A stretch of 64,000 nucleotides of DNA from NCBI GenBank assembly GCA_965198235.1, contig OZ240248.1:5057292-5121291 (forward strand), read 5' to 3'. The translations under genes were made by a program, and so were the position numbers. This document shows positions 8,843 to 18,063 of this stretch, piece after piece. The number at the start of each line of letters is the position of its first letter. The first letter of the stretch is position 1. The notes beneath the pieces are model-generated. The model did not search any database, was not told the origin of the DNA, and saw nothing but the letters and a program-made list of their open reading frames with translations. This DNA comes from Candidatus Poribacteria bacterium (GTDB lineage Bacteria > Poribacteria > WGA-4E > WGA-3G).

Positions 8843-10720
8843 TTATCTCGGATTCTGTTGATGAAGGATAACCGTCAAGATCGAGATGTCCGCTGGCGAA
8901 ACACCAGGTAAGCGTGATGCTTGCCCGATAGAGGTGGGCCGGATCTTTGTAAGCTTCTCACGTGCTTCTGTCTTCAACCCCTGAACGTCGGCATAATCAA
9001 ATGTGTCGGGGATTCGGAAATTTTCCAATTTCTTGAATTGATGAATCTGTCGCTGTTGTCGTTGGATATATCCGTCATATTTTATCTGAATTTCCACCTG
9101 TTCAGTCACGGCTGGCGGCAGGGTTTCAGAGGGAGGCACGATCTTGGTTATCTGTTCGTAATGAAGTTCTGGGCGTTTCAGAAGTTCTGCCAAGGATGTA
9201 GGTTGCTTCAACGCGCCCGTTTCGAGGATATTCGCTAAATTATCCAGAGTCGTAGGAGTCGGTTTGAGAAGGGTTTCCTGTAAACGTCCCAATTCTGTTT
9301 CGATAGCCGCTGCTTTCTTTTGGAATGGGTGATATCTGTCATCATCAACGAGTCCGATCTGTCTGCCGATTTCGGTGAGTCGCAAATCTGCGTTGTCCTC
9401 TCGCAGCGCTAACCTGTATTCGGCACGCGATGTAAACATGCGGTAAGGTTCACGGATGTCCAGCGTAACCAAATCGTCGATAAGTACTGCTATGTAAGCT
9501 TGCGATCTGTCGAGGATAAGAGGGTTCTCACCTTTTACCTTTAAAGCAGCGTTGATTCCTGCCATAAGCCCTTGTGCGGCGGCTTCCTCGTAGCCTGTGG
9601 TCCCATTGAGTTGTCCCGCGAAATAGAGCCCTGGTACCTGCTTCGTCTCAAGCGTCGGCTGTAGTTGCGTCGCTGGTGCGAAATCATATTCTACGGCGTA
9701 TCCGAAGCGCATGATTTCAGCATTCTCTAACCCTTTAATGCTATGTACCATCTCTACTTGTACATCTTCAGGTAGGCTCGCAGAAATACCGTTGAGATAG
9801 ATTTCGTCCGTATCTCGTCCCTCAGGCTCCACGAAGACTTGATGCTCTGTCTTCTCTGCGAAGCGGACAACCTTATCCTCAATTGAAGGACAGTAACGGG
9901 GACCGATGCCGACGATACGACCGCTGTACATCGCAGATCGGTGAAGATTCTCATGGATTACCTTATGTGTTTGCTGATTCGTGTAAGTTAGGTAGCACGG
10001 GAGTTGGAGCTGTGTAATTCGTTCGGTTAAAAATGAGAAAGGGAGAGGATTTTCATCACCCGGCTGAATTTCCATTTCGCTGAAATCAACCGTCTGGGCG
10101 TTGACACGCGGAGGAGTGCCAGTTTTGAGCCTACCGATCTCAAACCCAAGACTTAAAAAACTTTCTGAGAGTTTCTCGGCGGAAGACTCACCTGCTCTAC
10201 CTGCGCTATATGATACATCACCGATATGGATTATGCCTTTCAGGAAAGTGCCTGTCGTTAGAATCACAGTCTCTCCGAAGTAAGCGGTCTTTGTCTGGCT
10301 CAGAATTCCGATGCATCGACCATTTTCGACGAGCAGCTCCTCAACTAATACTTGTTTGATGTCGAGCCGTTCTTGTGCTTCAAGGACCCGTTTCATTTCA
10401 TCTTGGTACGCCTTTTTATCGGCTTGTGCGCGGTTTGATCGAACTGCGGGTCCTTTTTTAGTATTTAAACGTCGGAATTGGATCCCGGTCTTGTCAATAT
10501 TTTTTGCCATCTCACCGCCGAGCGCGTCTACCTCTTTAACGAGATGTCCTTTGGCGAGCCCTCCAATAGCAGGGTTGCAAGACATCTTCGCGATGGTGTC
10601 CAGATTGATAGTGACGATGAGTGTTTCGCAGCCCATTCGTGCGGCGGCAAGTGCTGCTTCACAACCTGCGTGTCCTGCTCCGACTACGATAACGTCGTAA
10701 TGTTTTTGATAAGTGTTCAT
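8843..10720 (-). CDS. mnmG: tRNA U34 carboxymethylaminomethyl modification enzyme MnmG/GidA
   Basis: GAGHAGCEAA, MSCNPAIGG, GPRYCPSIEDK and GQLNGTTGYEEAAAQG. Confidence 0.98.
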   Translation of the reverse strand: MNTYQKHYDVIVVGAGHAGCEAALAAARMGCETLIVTINLDTIAKMSCNPAIGGLAKGHLVKEVDALGGEMAKNIDKTGIQFRRLNTKKGPAVRSNRAQADKKAYQDEMKRVLEAQERLDIKQVLVEELLVENGRCIGILSQTKTAYFGETVILTTGTFLKGIIHIGDVSYSAGRAGESSAEKLSESFLSLGFEIGRLKTGTPPRVNAQTVDFSEMEIQPGDENPLPFSFLTERITQLQLPCYLTYTNQQTHKVIHENLHRSAMYSGRIVGIGPRYCPSIEDKVVRFAEKTEHQVFVEPEGRDTDEIYLNGISASLPEDVQVEMVHSIKGLENAEIMRFGYAVEYDFAPATQLQPTLETKQVPGLYFAGQLNGTTGYEEAAAQGLMAGINAALKVKGENPLILDRSQAYIAVLIDDLVTLDIREPYRMFTSRAEYRLALREDNADLRLTEIGRQIGLVDDDRYHPFQKKAAAIETELGRLQETLLKPTPTTLDNLANILETGALKQPTSLAELLKRPELHYEQITKIVPPSETLPPAVTEQVEIQIKYDGYIQRQQRQIHQFKKLENFRIPDTFDYADVQGLKTEAREKLTKIRPTSIGQASRLPGVSPADISILTVILHQQNPR

Positions 10721-10839
10721 TTCTTTTTTTAATTTATTGGCACCTGGGCGTTGTTCCCCTATGTTCCACAACGGTTCGCGGGTAATTCCAATCCGCTCTG
10801 GATTATGAAATGTTTGATAAAGACTTCTACTTCGCCTAA

Positions 10840-10894
10840 CCCCGTTGAAGCAGATCGCTTATGGGCGAGTACGCCGCAAAATTGACCAGAAACC
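10840..10894 (+). repeat. ~55-bp near-identical repeat, also at 12627-12681
   Basis: CCCCGTTGAAGCAGATCGCTTATGGGCGAGTACGCCGCAAAATTGAYCAGAAACC. Confidence 0.9.
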
Positions 10895-10934
10895 TGCCCG
10901 AAACGTAGTAGAAGGCAGAGCGAGGACCAATTAC

Positions 10935-11903
10935 TTAAAAACCATCGTAAATAATGCTGATGACAAGCGTTGCAACGATTTCAAGGCTTTTTGGACTACA
11001 TTTATCGACCGTATCTTCTACTGTATGCCAATAGGGATAAGTGAAGTCGATAATGTTTACCATTGGGATACCGACTTCGATTAACGGGACGTGATCGTCC
11101 AAGATAGCGTCCCCTAAACGGGGTTGAAAAGGCATTAAACCGAGCGTTGCTGCGCGCTGCCAGATTGCCTCCGTGAACCCCCGATTTGCATTCCAAGAAT
11201 AGCGTTCAATCGGGAGTGCCAAATCCCTGTCTCCGATCATGTCTAACAGAATTCCATAATCCGGTTTCCATTTACCCAAATTTCGAGCGAAAAACCGAGA
11301 GCCGATAAACATATTTTCAACTGACCTTCCATAATCCTCGCCGTCGAAAAGGATGATAACGACCCTGCGTAGCGGTGGGTGTTCCTTTAAGACTCTCGCA
11401 ATTTCAAGAAGGACAGCAACACCGGAGGCACCATCGTTGGCACCGAGGATCGGTTTATCCCGATTTTCTGGCTTTGGGTCCCGGTCAGCGAAGGGACGGG
11501 TATCCCAATGCGCTGCGAGCAGGAGCGTCTCGCCGCCAGTTAGCGGTCCAAACTCTGCCAAGATATTGTTTAGGTGAAGCGTTGCCGTTTTTGTTTTATA
11601 CTGATGGGGTTGAAGAACTACGCTGTTTGCATATTTCTGAAGTTCCGTAAATAGAAAATTCTGCGTTTCGCTATGTGCCACCGAACCGGGCGGCCGCGGC
11701 CCGAATGCACACTGCTTCTCCAACATATCAAAGGCTCGCTGTGCGTCAAAGGCAGCGTTCGCTTCGCGCGCGGTACTGACGCTATCGCGACTCAAGTTTC
11801 TTAATCCTATATTTCGGTTGTCCGAATCTGGCTCCGCACATACAATACTAAATACGCCGCAAAGCAGACTGACTAAAAGTGCAACGAGCCATTGCTTTTC
11901 CAT
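10935..11903 (-). CDS. Secreted M28-family peptidase / glutaminyl cyclase-like protein
   Basis: Signal peptide, then AHWDTR, GANDGASG, FDGED, DDHVP and WHT. Confidence 0.85.
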   Translation of the reverse strand: MEKQWLVALLVSLLCGVFSIVCAEPDSDNRNIGLRNLSRDSVSTAREANAAFDAQRAFDMLEKQCAFGPRPPGSVAHSETQNFLFTELQKYANSVVLQPHQYKTKTATLHLNNILAEFGPLTGGETLLLAAHWDTRPFADRDPKPENRDKPILGANDGASGVAVLLEIARVLKEHPPLRRVVIILFDGEDYGRSVENMFIGSRFFARNLGKWKPDYGILLDMIGDRDLALPIERYSWNANRGFTEAIWQRAATLGLMPFQPRLGDAILDDHVPLIEVGIPMVNIIDFTYPYWHTVEDTVDKCSPKSLEIVATLVISIIYDGF

Positions 11904-12518
11904 CTAAGCTTTCCGTCTGCCCTCAAGTGCTTTTGCGAGTGTTACCTCATCAATGTACTCTAAATCGCCTCCAACGGGAATACCGTAAGCAATTCGAGTG
12001 ACAGCAACCTCAAAGGTTTCCAAGTGTTGTGTAAGGTAGAGTGCAGTTGCTTGTCCTTCTGTTGTCCAGTTTGTAGCAAGGATTACTTCTCGCACGGCTT
12101 CTCCGTCTACAGTAGCGTCTCGAACTCGTTGAAAGAGGGTATTGATTCCGAGTTCGTCGGGACCGGTCCCGTCCAGCGGTGAAAGAACGCCGCCCAACAC
12201 GTGGTAGAGCCCTTTATAACTGTTGGTTCTTTCAATTGCCCAAAGATCATCAGACTCTTCGACAACGCAAATTACCTGCCGATCGCGGCGCGGATTTGTA
12301 CAGATATAGCACGGATTTGTGTCTGTAATAGTGCCACATATATCGCAGTAAGATAGGTGTTGTTTTACCTGCGCGATGGCTTCTGCAATTTGGGCAGTCT
12401 CAGTGTCAGGTAACTTTAGCATAAAAAACGCTAAGCGTTGCGCTGTCTTTTGACCGATCGTTGGCAGCTTTTGGAGCTCCGTAATGAGCTTCGCCAGCGG
12501 TTTCGGGTATTCTTGCAT
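11904..12518 (-). CDS. recR: Recombination mediator RecR
   Basis: LPTIGQKTAQRL HhH, C4 Zn finger, YHVLGGVLSPLDG and RIAYGIPVGG. Confidence 0.97.
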   Translation of the reverse strand: MQEYPKPLAKLITELQKLPTIGQKTAQRLAFFMLKLPDTETAQIAEAIAQVKQHLSYCDICGTITDTNPCYICTNPRRDRQVICVVEESDDLWAIERTNSYKGLYHVLGGVLSPLDGTGPDELGINTLFQRVRDATVDGEAVREVILATNWTTEGQATALYLTQHLETFEVAVTRIAYGIPVGGDLEYIDEVTLAKALEGRRKA

Positions 12519-12694
12519 AGATTTTTTGTGCTAATTAATTCCCACAGTGGGATGAAGTAGAGGCACCTGTGCCTTCTCCTTTTTCTACACAGATTGTTTC
12601 GCAGTGAGAACCCTATGGGGTTCAGGCCCCGTTGAAGCAGATCGCTTATGGGCGAGTACGCCGCAAAATTGATCAGAAACCCTCGTGAAACGTA

Positions 12695-12826
12695 TTTCTA
12701 ACTATGGGTCTCTGAGCTGCCTTCCACTTCGTTTCAGGCAGGTTTTCGGTTAATTAACGGCTTGTACTTCACCGAAAACCATCGCGGAACGTAGTGGAGC
12801 GATGCGCGAGTGCCTATAGTTTAAAA
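12695..12826. repeat. Dispersed ~57-bp REP-like family A (two back-to-back copies here; others at 1038, 2002, 10885, 13196, 35067; partial at 942, 1861, 63981)
   Basis: Consensus ACCRRAAAC-stem-GRAACGWAGTGGA-stem-C.C.R.G.CC.ATAGTTAGAAA. Confidence 0.85.
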
Positions 12827-12828
12827 AG

Positions 12829-13137
12829 CTACGGGAGCCCCGGAATTTTAATGCCACCGGTCAATTTGCTCATTTCTGCCGACATCATCTCTTGTGATTG
12901 TTGCAATGCTTCATTGACTGCCGCAACGACAAGGTCTTCGAGCATTTCTGTATCTTCCGGATCAACAACCTCCGGTGTGATGCGGAGTGATACGACTTCC
13001 TGTTGTCCATTGACAACGGCGGTTACCATTCCACCTCCGACGGTTGCCTCAACGGTGCGATTTGCGAGTTCTTCTCGGATTTCAAGCATTCGCTTTTGCA
13101 TTTGCTGCGCTTGTTTCATCAAATCGTTCATTTTCAT
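12829..13137 (-). CDS. ybaB: YbaB/EbfC nucleoid-associated protein
   Basis: MKQAQQMQ, GGGMV and LEDLVVAAVNEA; lies between dnaX and recR. Confidence 0.95.
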   Translation of the reverse strand: MKMNDLMKQAQQMQKRMLEIREELANRTVEATVGGGMVTAVVNGQQEVVSLRITPEVVDPEDTEMLEDLVVAAVNEALQQSQEMMSAEMSKLTGGIKIPGLP

Positions 13138-13299
13138 ATTTTTAATTTTCCTTGCGGTTCGATGAAGTGGATTAGAGGTTCACGGTCATCTCCGTAGAGC
13201 CGCCCTCCATTTCATTTCAGGCTCGGTTTTTTGTCTGATAAAAGAAAAGACGTATTTGATAATCCTAACACCTCTTAACCGACTTTTGGAAAGGTGCGG

Positions 13300-15102
13300 T
13301 TATTGGGTCTCCACAACTTTAGCATCGAAAAGGTCGAGAGCGGTTTTAAGTTGTGGATCGTCTTGGGCTTCAATTTTACGCATAAGCGGTGTTTTTCGCT
13401 CTGTTTGTTCTGGTCCATCCTCGGATACTACCGATTCTGACACTGTATCTGAGGTAACTAATTCGATTTTCACGGGTTTGCCGACTTCCTGTGTTAGGAC
13501 ATCGGCTATAATTTTTTTGTCCTCATCCGTTACTAAGAAAAGGAACGAGGATGAACATGGAATCTCAACCATATTTGTGCCATTTACTGTAGGGATAGCA
13601 CCCTCCAGCAGTCCATGTCCGAGTTTCACAGGGAGTTTTGATTTTACCTCATCCCAAAATGAAGGGAGGTCTGCTAAGTCTCTGGGTCCATGTGAAACTG
13701 GCGAAGAGATTGGCGCGTTAGCGTCCGGTGAAGAAGGCATCGGGATTTGCTCTCTGTGCGATGTACTCGATACCTCTTTTGCGGGATCAAATGGCGTTGC
13801 AGCAGATGTATCTGGCTTTGTAGCGGAAGGCAAATCTGGCGATGTAACTTGTGGGTTTGGCTGATTTGTCAGCGGTGCGAATATGTTCTGCCGTGGTGGG
13901 AGTTGTGCCGTTGCAGACAGCCCCGCTGAATCGAATTTTTGCTCTAAGGTAGACAATTTGTTGATTATCTCCTCGAGAGGAATGCCTTCTTCAAGCGAGT
14001 TGAGTTGGATAAGTGCTGTCTCTAATTGAAGTTGTGGATAACCATACTGTTTGATATCTTGATTGACGTGCATCAAAATTTTGATAATCCGTGATAACCT
14101 GCCTACCGACATCTGTTCTGCCTTCTGCTTGAGTCTCGGAAGATCTGACTTGGGACTCTGAACCTGTTCACTGAGGCTGTTGTCGATTGCTAAAAGTCGT
14201 AGGTCTCGGAAGTACCCGATCAGTTGATCTAAGCACTGTGACAAATCTGTGCCTTGTTTCGTCAGGTTATTTAGTGTTTTCAGCCCTTTTGCAACATCTC
14301 TTTCCGTTATCGCCTCCGTAAGTTCTTGGAGGAGAGAACTGGAACCGAGCCCGATGGTCTGTTCAACGGCTTCGATTGTTAAATTTTTGCCAGCAGAGGA
14401 AACGAGTCGTTCCAATAAGTTTTCTGCATCTCGTAAACATCCTTCGGATTGTCGGGTGATAAGCGTGAGTACGTCCAGATTCGCTGAAATATCTTCCTCT
14501 TCGACAATTAATTGCAAGCGTTCAATTATCTTTTCATCTTCAAGGTGTCGAAAATCGAAATCTTGACAGCGAGAACTGATTGTCTTCGGGATCTTGGCAT
14601 GTTCAGTTGTTGCCATGATGAACATGACATGCGGAGGCGGCTCTTCAAGCGTTTTGAGTAAAGCGTTGAATGCCTCTGGTGAGAGCATGTGTGCTTCATC
14701 TATGATGTAAATTTTGTAGGTACAGGTAGCTGGTGAGAGTTTGACGTTTTCACGGAGGTCTCGGATCGTATCAATACCGCGGTTGGAGGCGGCGTCCATC
14801 TCGATCACGTCGAAGGATCTATCTTGCGAAATTTCGTTGCAAAATCCGCATTGATTGCAAGGCTCAGCGGTCTCGGTGGAGTCAAATTCGGTTTCTTGAA
14901 TGCGATTGGGACAATTGACGGCTTTGGCGAGAATGCGCGCGACTGTGGTTTTACCGGTACCGCGCGGTCCCCAAAAAAGGTAGGCATGCCCGATACGTTC
15001 GGAGAGGATCTGATTTTTTAGCGTCGTGGTAATGTGCTCCTGTCCGACAACGTCTCTGAAGTTTTGGGGACGCCATTTTTGGGCAAGAACCTCGTAAGAC
15101 AT
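13300..15102 (-). CDS. dnaX: DNA polymerase III subunit gamma/tau
   Basis: KWRPQNF, GPRGTGKTT, IDEAHML, NALLKTLEEPP and TISSRC. Confidence 0.97.
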   Translation of the reverse strand: MSYEVLAQKWRPQNFRDVVGQEHITTTLKNQILSERIGHAYLFWGPRGTGKTTVARILAKAVNCPNRIQETEFDSTETAEPCNQCGFCNEISQDRSFDVIEMDAASNRGIDTIRDLRENVKLSPATCTYKIYIIDEAHMLSPEAFNALLKTLEEPPPHVMFIMATTEHAKIPKTISSRCQDFDFRHLEDEKIIERLQLIVEEEDISANLDVLTLITRQSEGCLRDAENLLERLVSSAGKNLTIEAVEQTIGLGSSSLLQELTEAITERDVAKGLKTLNNLTKQGTDLSQCLDQLIGYFRDLRLLAIDNSLSEQVQSPKSDLPRLKQKAEQMSVGRLSRIIKILMHVNQDIKQYGYPQLQLETALIQLNSLEEGIPLEEIINKLSTLEQKFDSAGLSATAQLPPRQNIFAPLTNQPNPQVTSPDLPSATKPDTSAATPFDPAKEVSSTSHREQIPMPSSPDANAPISSPVSHGPRDLADLPSFWDEVKSKLPVKLGHGLLEGAIPTVNGTNMVEIPCSSSFLFLVTDEDKKIIADVLTQEVGKPVKIELVTSDTVSESVVSEDGPEQTERKTPLMRKIEAQDDPQLKTALDLFDAKVVETQ

Positions 15103-15175
15103 CAGGCAATCCTTTCTTGTATGACTTGAGTTTGGGAATGAGGTATGTCCACTCCAACGAATTCGCCCAAAAGAT

Positions 15176-15445
15176 GACTATGCACCCAGGGTTGACAAGC
15201 TCCTCCAGGCGTTGCCCGCGTCGTTAGTTCAGGTTAGGCACCCTTGCGTCACACGAGCAACTTATCTACCGCTGCTTCCTTCCGGACCTGACGGGGTTCA
15301 ACAAGCGCCCGTTGCTCAAGACCCAACCATCAACACCACGTGCGCGGGACAGTCCCCACAGAAACGGGCCGCATACTGGGGATTCAGTCCTGCTTTAGCG
15401 GATTGCAGGATACAGGGCACCGCTACCTCCCCACCTAGCATAGCC
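15176..15445 (-). ncRNA. ffs: Large (Bacillus-type, Alu-containing) signal recognition particle RNA
   Basis: The 5' end GGCTATGCTAGGTGGGGAGGTAGCGGTGCCCTGTATCCTGCAATCCGC matches the B. subtilis scRNA Alu pattern. Helix 8 reads TCAGGTCCGGAAGGAAGCAGC, and the ends pair (GGCTATGC/GCATAGTC). About 270 nt. Confidence 0.95.
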
Positions 15446-15507
15446 AAGGCGTTAATTATTCTTGAACAGTTATATAGCAAGTTTTGACTTGCAAGCTGCG
15501 TCAAAAG

Positions 15508-15599
15508 TGGCGGAGAGAGTGGGATTCGAACCCACGGTACTGCAAAACAGCACACATGATTTCCAGTCATGCCAGTTCAACCAACTCCTGCATCTCTCC
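15508..15599 (-). tRNA. tRNA-Ser(GGA)
   Basis: Cloverleaf with anticodon arm CATGA-CTGGAAA-TCATG, long variable arm and encoded CCA. Confidence 0.95.
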
Positions 15600-15737
15600 G
15601 TAAAATTTTCAGGGACATCTCATCAAGCCGCACGCGATATGAGATGGGAAATCTGGTTTAAAAACAAATTTCGACCTAATTCCAGATCGAAGAATGTAAA
15701 TCAAAGACAAATTGTGCTTTAATAGCACAATTTCGTA

Positions 15738-15810
15738 TGGAGCAGACGGGATTTGAACCCGTGACCTCACCCGTGCGAGGGGCGCACTCTCCCAACTGAG
15801 CTACTGCCCC
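15738..15810 (-). tRNA. tRNA-Ala(CGC)
   Basis: GGGGCAG/CTGCTCC acceptor with G3:U70 and loop CT-CGC-AC. CCA not encoded. Confidence 0.92.
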
Positions 15811-15870
15811 AGAAGTGGAAAAAACAAACATTTTGCAACAGTTATTTTTCACCTACCATTAAGCAAAAAA

Positions 15871-15955
15871 CGGAGAGAGTGGGATTCGAACCCACGGTGA
15901 CTTGCGCCACAACAGTTTTCGAGACTGTCCAGTTCAACCACTCCTGCATCTCTCC
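15871..15955 (-). tRNA. tRNA-Ser(CGA)
   Basis: Anticodon arm ACAGT-CTCGAAA-ACTGT, long variable arm and G73. Confidence 0.95.
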
Positions 15956-16020
15956 TTCTGATGTAATCTCTCCAACCCATAGTAACGGGTGGCACACATC
16001 CCAGCCTTCCATAAACCTTT

Positions 16021-16479
16021 TTACACTTTACTACGGTGTTGCTGAAAAAAGGACTTCAGAAGGGCACCGCTCTCTTCTGCTAATATCCCGCTCACCAATT
16101 CAACCCGATGATTCAATCGTTCATCTTGAAGGATATTATAGAGCGTTCCGGCTGCCCCTGATTTCGGGTCTGTTGTTGCGTAAACAACTCTTGGAATACG
16201 TGCTAACACGATCGCCCCGGCACACATTGGACAGGGCTCTAACGTCACATATAGGGTCGTATCGACAAAACGCCAGTTACCAATTTTTTCGGATGCGGCT
16301 TGTAGGACAAGCATCTCCGCGTGGGCGATAGGACTGCCGCATGCTTCGCGTAAGTTAAATGCTTCAGCGATCAGGACATCGTCTCTAACAAGCAGAGCAC
16401 CAACTGGCACTTCTCCTTTTTCGCCCGCCTGCTGCGCTAATTTAAGAGCTTGCCCCATCCAGAAAAAATCGTTATCCAA
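16021..16479 (-). CDS. tadA: tRNA adenosine(34) deaminase
   Basis: GEVPVGA, HAEM and TLEPCPMCAGA. Confidence 0.96.
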   Translation of the reverse strand: MDNDFFWMGQALKLAQQAGEKGEVPVGALLVRDDVLIAEAFNLREACGSPIAHAEMLVLQAASEKIGNWRFVDTTLYVTLEPCPMCAGAIVLARIPRVVYATTDPKSGAAGTLYNILQDERLNHRVELVSGILAEESGALLKSFFQQHRSKV

Positions 16480-16502
16480 ATTTTTTCAGCAAATGCCTTT
16501 GA

Positions 16503-16576
16503 AGCGCCTGAGAGGATTCGAACCCCCGGCCTTCTGATCCGTAGTCAGATGCTCTAATCCACTGAGCTACAGGCGC
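16503..16576 (-). tRNA. tRNA-Arg(ACG)
   Basis: GCGCCTG/CAGGCGC acceptor and TCTGA-CTACGGA-TCAGA anticodon arm. Confidence 0.95.
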
Positions 16577-16669
16577 GTATGCTATGCATCAGGAATCAAA
16601 ACGTAGGACGGAGTTATAAGACTTTGATGGTCCTACAGTTCTCTGTCCTCTGATTTATTGCTTTACAAA

Positions 16670-16754
16670 CGGAGAGGGTGGGATTCGAACCCACGATGGC
16701 TTGCGCCATAACTGCTTAGCAGGCAGTCCAGTTCAACCACTCCTGCACCTCTCC
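16670..16754 (-). tRNA. tRNA-Ser(GCT)
   Basis: ACTGC-CTGCTAA-GCAGT anticodon arm and long variable arm. Confidence 0.95.
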
Positions 16755-16757
16755 TAA

Positions 16758-16845
16758 TGGCGGTGGGAGTAGGATTCGAACCCACGATGGCTTGCGCCAT
16801 AACGGTTTTCAAGACCGCCGCTTTCGTCCACTCAGCCATCCCACC
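16758..16845 (-). tRNA. tRNA-Ser(TGA)
   Basis: GCGGT-CTTGAAA-ACCGT anticodon arm, long variable arm and encoded CCA. Confidence 0.95.
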
Positions 16846-16869
16846 TACACTTCACAAATCTCCATATCA

Positions 16870-16898
16870 ATTATACGATATATAAAAGATTGTGTCAA
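16870..16898 (-). promoter_or_regulatory. Consensus sigma70 promoter for the tRNA/tadA cluster
   Basis: TTGACA-17 nt-TATAAT on the minus strand, about 25 nt before tRNA-Ser(TGA). Confidence 0.8.
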
Positions 16899-16953
16899 GG
16901 AAATTGTTACTTTTTTCTGCGTTATTTATTTTTGCGTATATTCAAATGGTATA

Positions 16954-17613
16954 CTAAGTTTCCCCATGCCATTCCAGCGGTTCATTTCGTAAGTAAGGGA
17001 GTAGCATGCCTCGGAGACGCCGGTGCGCGTGGTGTAAATGTGTTTTAATTGTACCTTCTGATCTGTTTAACAACACTGCGATCTCTTTAATTGCCAGTTC
17101 TCTTCGGTGACGAAGATTGAACACACGACGCTGACCCGGTGGGAGTTTCCGCACCGCCTTCCGAATGATCCTACCAAGTTCCTTTTCTTCAAGGAGTTTC
17201 TCGGGGGATGGGTGAGAATCTGACATCTTTAGGACCTCGTCGGCATCAGGTGGTAATTCTTCAAACGTAAGAACTTTGCTACGGTTACGCTGCCGCTGAA
17301 AGTCGATGCTACTATTGATAGCGATTCGGTAAATCCAGCTGTAAAACGCAGAGCCACCTTTGAAGTTAGGCAGTGCTTTAAACGCTTTCAAAAAGACCTC
17401 TTGGCTAATATCTTTTGCTGTTTCTCGATCACGAATCTGCTGGTAAATGAGGTTATATATTTTCTTTTCATATTTGAGAACGAGGGGATTAAAAGCCTCT
17501 ATGTCACCATTTTGAAACCGATTGACGAGTTCATCCTCGTCAATTTGTTCAAGCTCCGACGCTGTGTACACAGTGGTCGGTTTTTGGATATTCGTCATGT
17601 CTCTTTTCTCCAT
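16954..17613 (-). CDS. ECF-family RNA polymerase sigma factor (RpoE/SigW-like)
   Basis: Region 2 DISQEVFLKAF and FYSWIYRIAIN; region 4 EIAVLLNRSEGTIKTHLHHA. Confidence 0.92.
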   Translation of the reverse strand: MEKRDMTNIQKPTTVYTASELEQIDEDELVNRFQNGDIEAFNPLVLKYEKKIYNLIYQQIRDRETAKDISQEVFLKAFKALPNFKGGSAFYSWIYRIAINSSIDFQRQRNRSKVLTFEELPPDADEVLKMSDSHPSPEKLLEEKELGRIIRKAVRKLPPGQRRVFNLRHRRELAIKEIAVLLNRSEGTIKTHLHHAHRRLRGMLLPYLRNEPLEWHGET

Positions 17614-17677
17614 ATTGAGTTAAGTTTAAGGGACTTGGGTTTACAATGCCGTAATCGAACGCAAACTGGCTTAAAAT

Positions 17678-17705
17678 TTATACACCGTAGATGTCAGAAA
17701 GTTCC
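17678..17705 (-). promoter_or_regulatory. Putative autoregulatory ECF promoter
   Basis: GGAACT-16 nt-GTATA, about 65 nt upstream of the ECF start. Resembles the AAC/-35 and CGT/GTA -10 pattern of ECF promoters. Confidence 0.45.
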
Positions 17706-17974
17706 AATTTTCTTAGTTTTTTTTTAATGTAAGTCCGTCCTTTTCCCTGTCTTAGACAGGTTGAAGAAGGTTTTTGTTCGTTTTTTTGTAATCCCGTCAT
17801 AAAAATTCAAGTGTGGATGTAGGTTGGGTTGAGCGGTAAAAAACCAAGAACTCTCGTTTATGCAGAGAATTCCGCTTTTCGATGCCTCATTCGGGTAGAT
17901 AGATATAGCGAAACCCAACAATCCAAACTGATAACTGACAACTGAATGCCGCTGTGTCATAACGTTGCGACATA

Positions 17975-18003
17975 TTGACATGTCAACCCCTTTGCGGTAT
18001 ACT
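17975..18003 (+). promoter_or_regulatory. sigma70 promoter of the histidine kinase, with its -35 inside a perfect palindrome
   Basis: TTGACA-17 nt-TATACT; TTGACATGTCAA is palindromic. Confidence 0.65.
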
Positions 18004-18063
18004 AACAGCAACCTTAGATTTTGCAGAAACCCCCTCAAGTTGCGGTCTAAAAGAGAGATTCTG

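Noticed and set aside
13300-15102. Programmed frameshift in dnaX
   Set aside because: I saw no A-AAA-AAG site or long A-run with a stimulator in the linker. The A7 run near 13512-13518 is close to the C-terminus.
15212-16992. Short ORFs overlapping the SRP RNA and tRNAs
   Set aside because: They are shadows of RNA genes and show no protein features.
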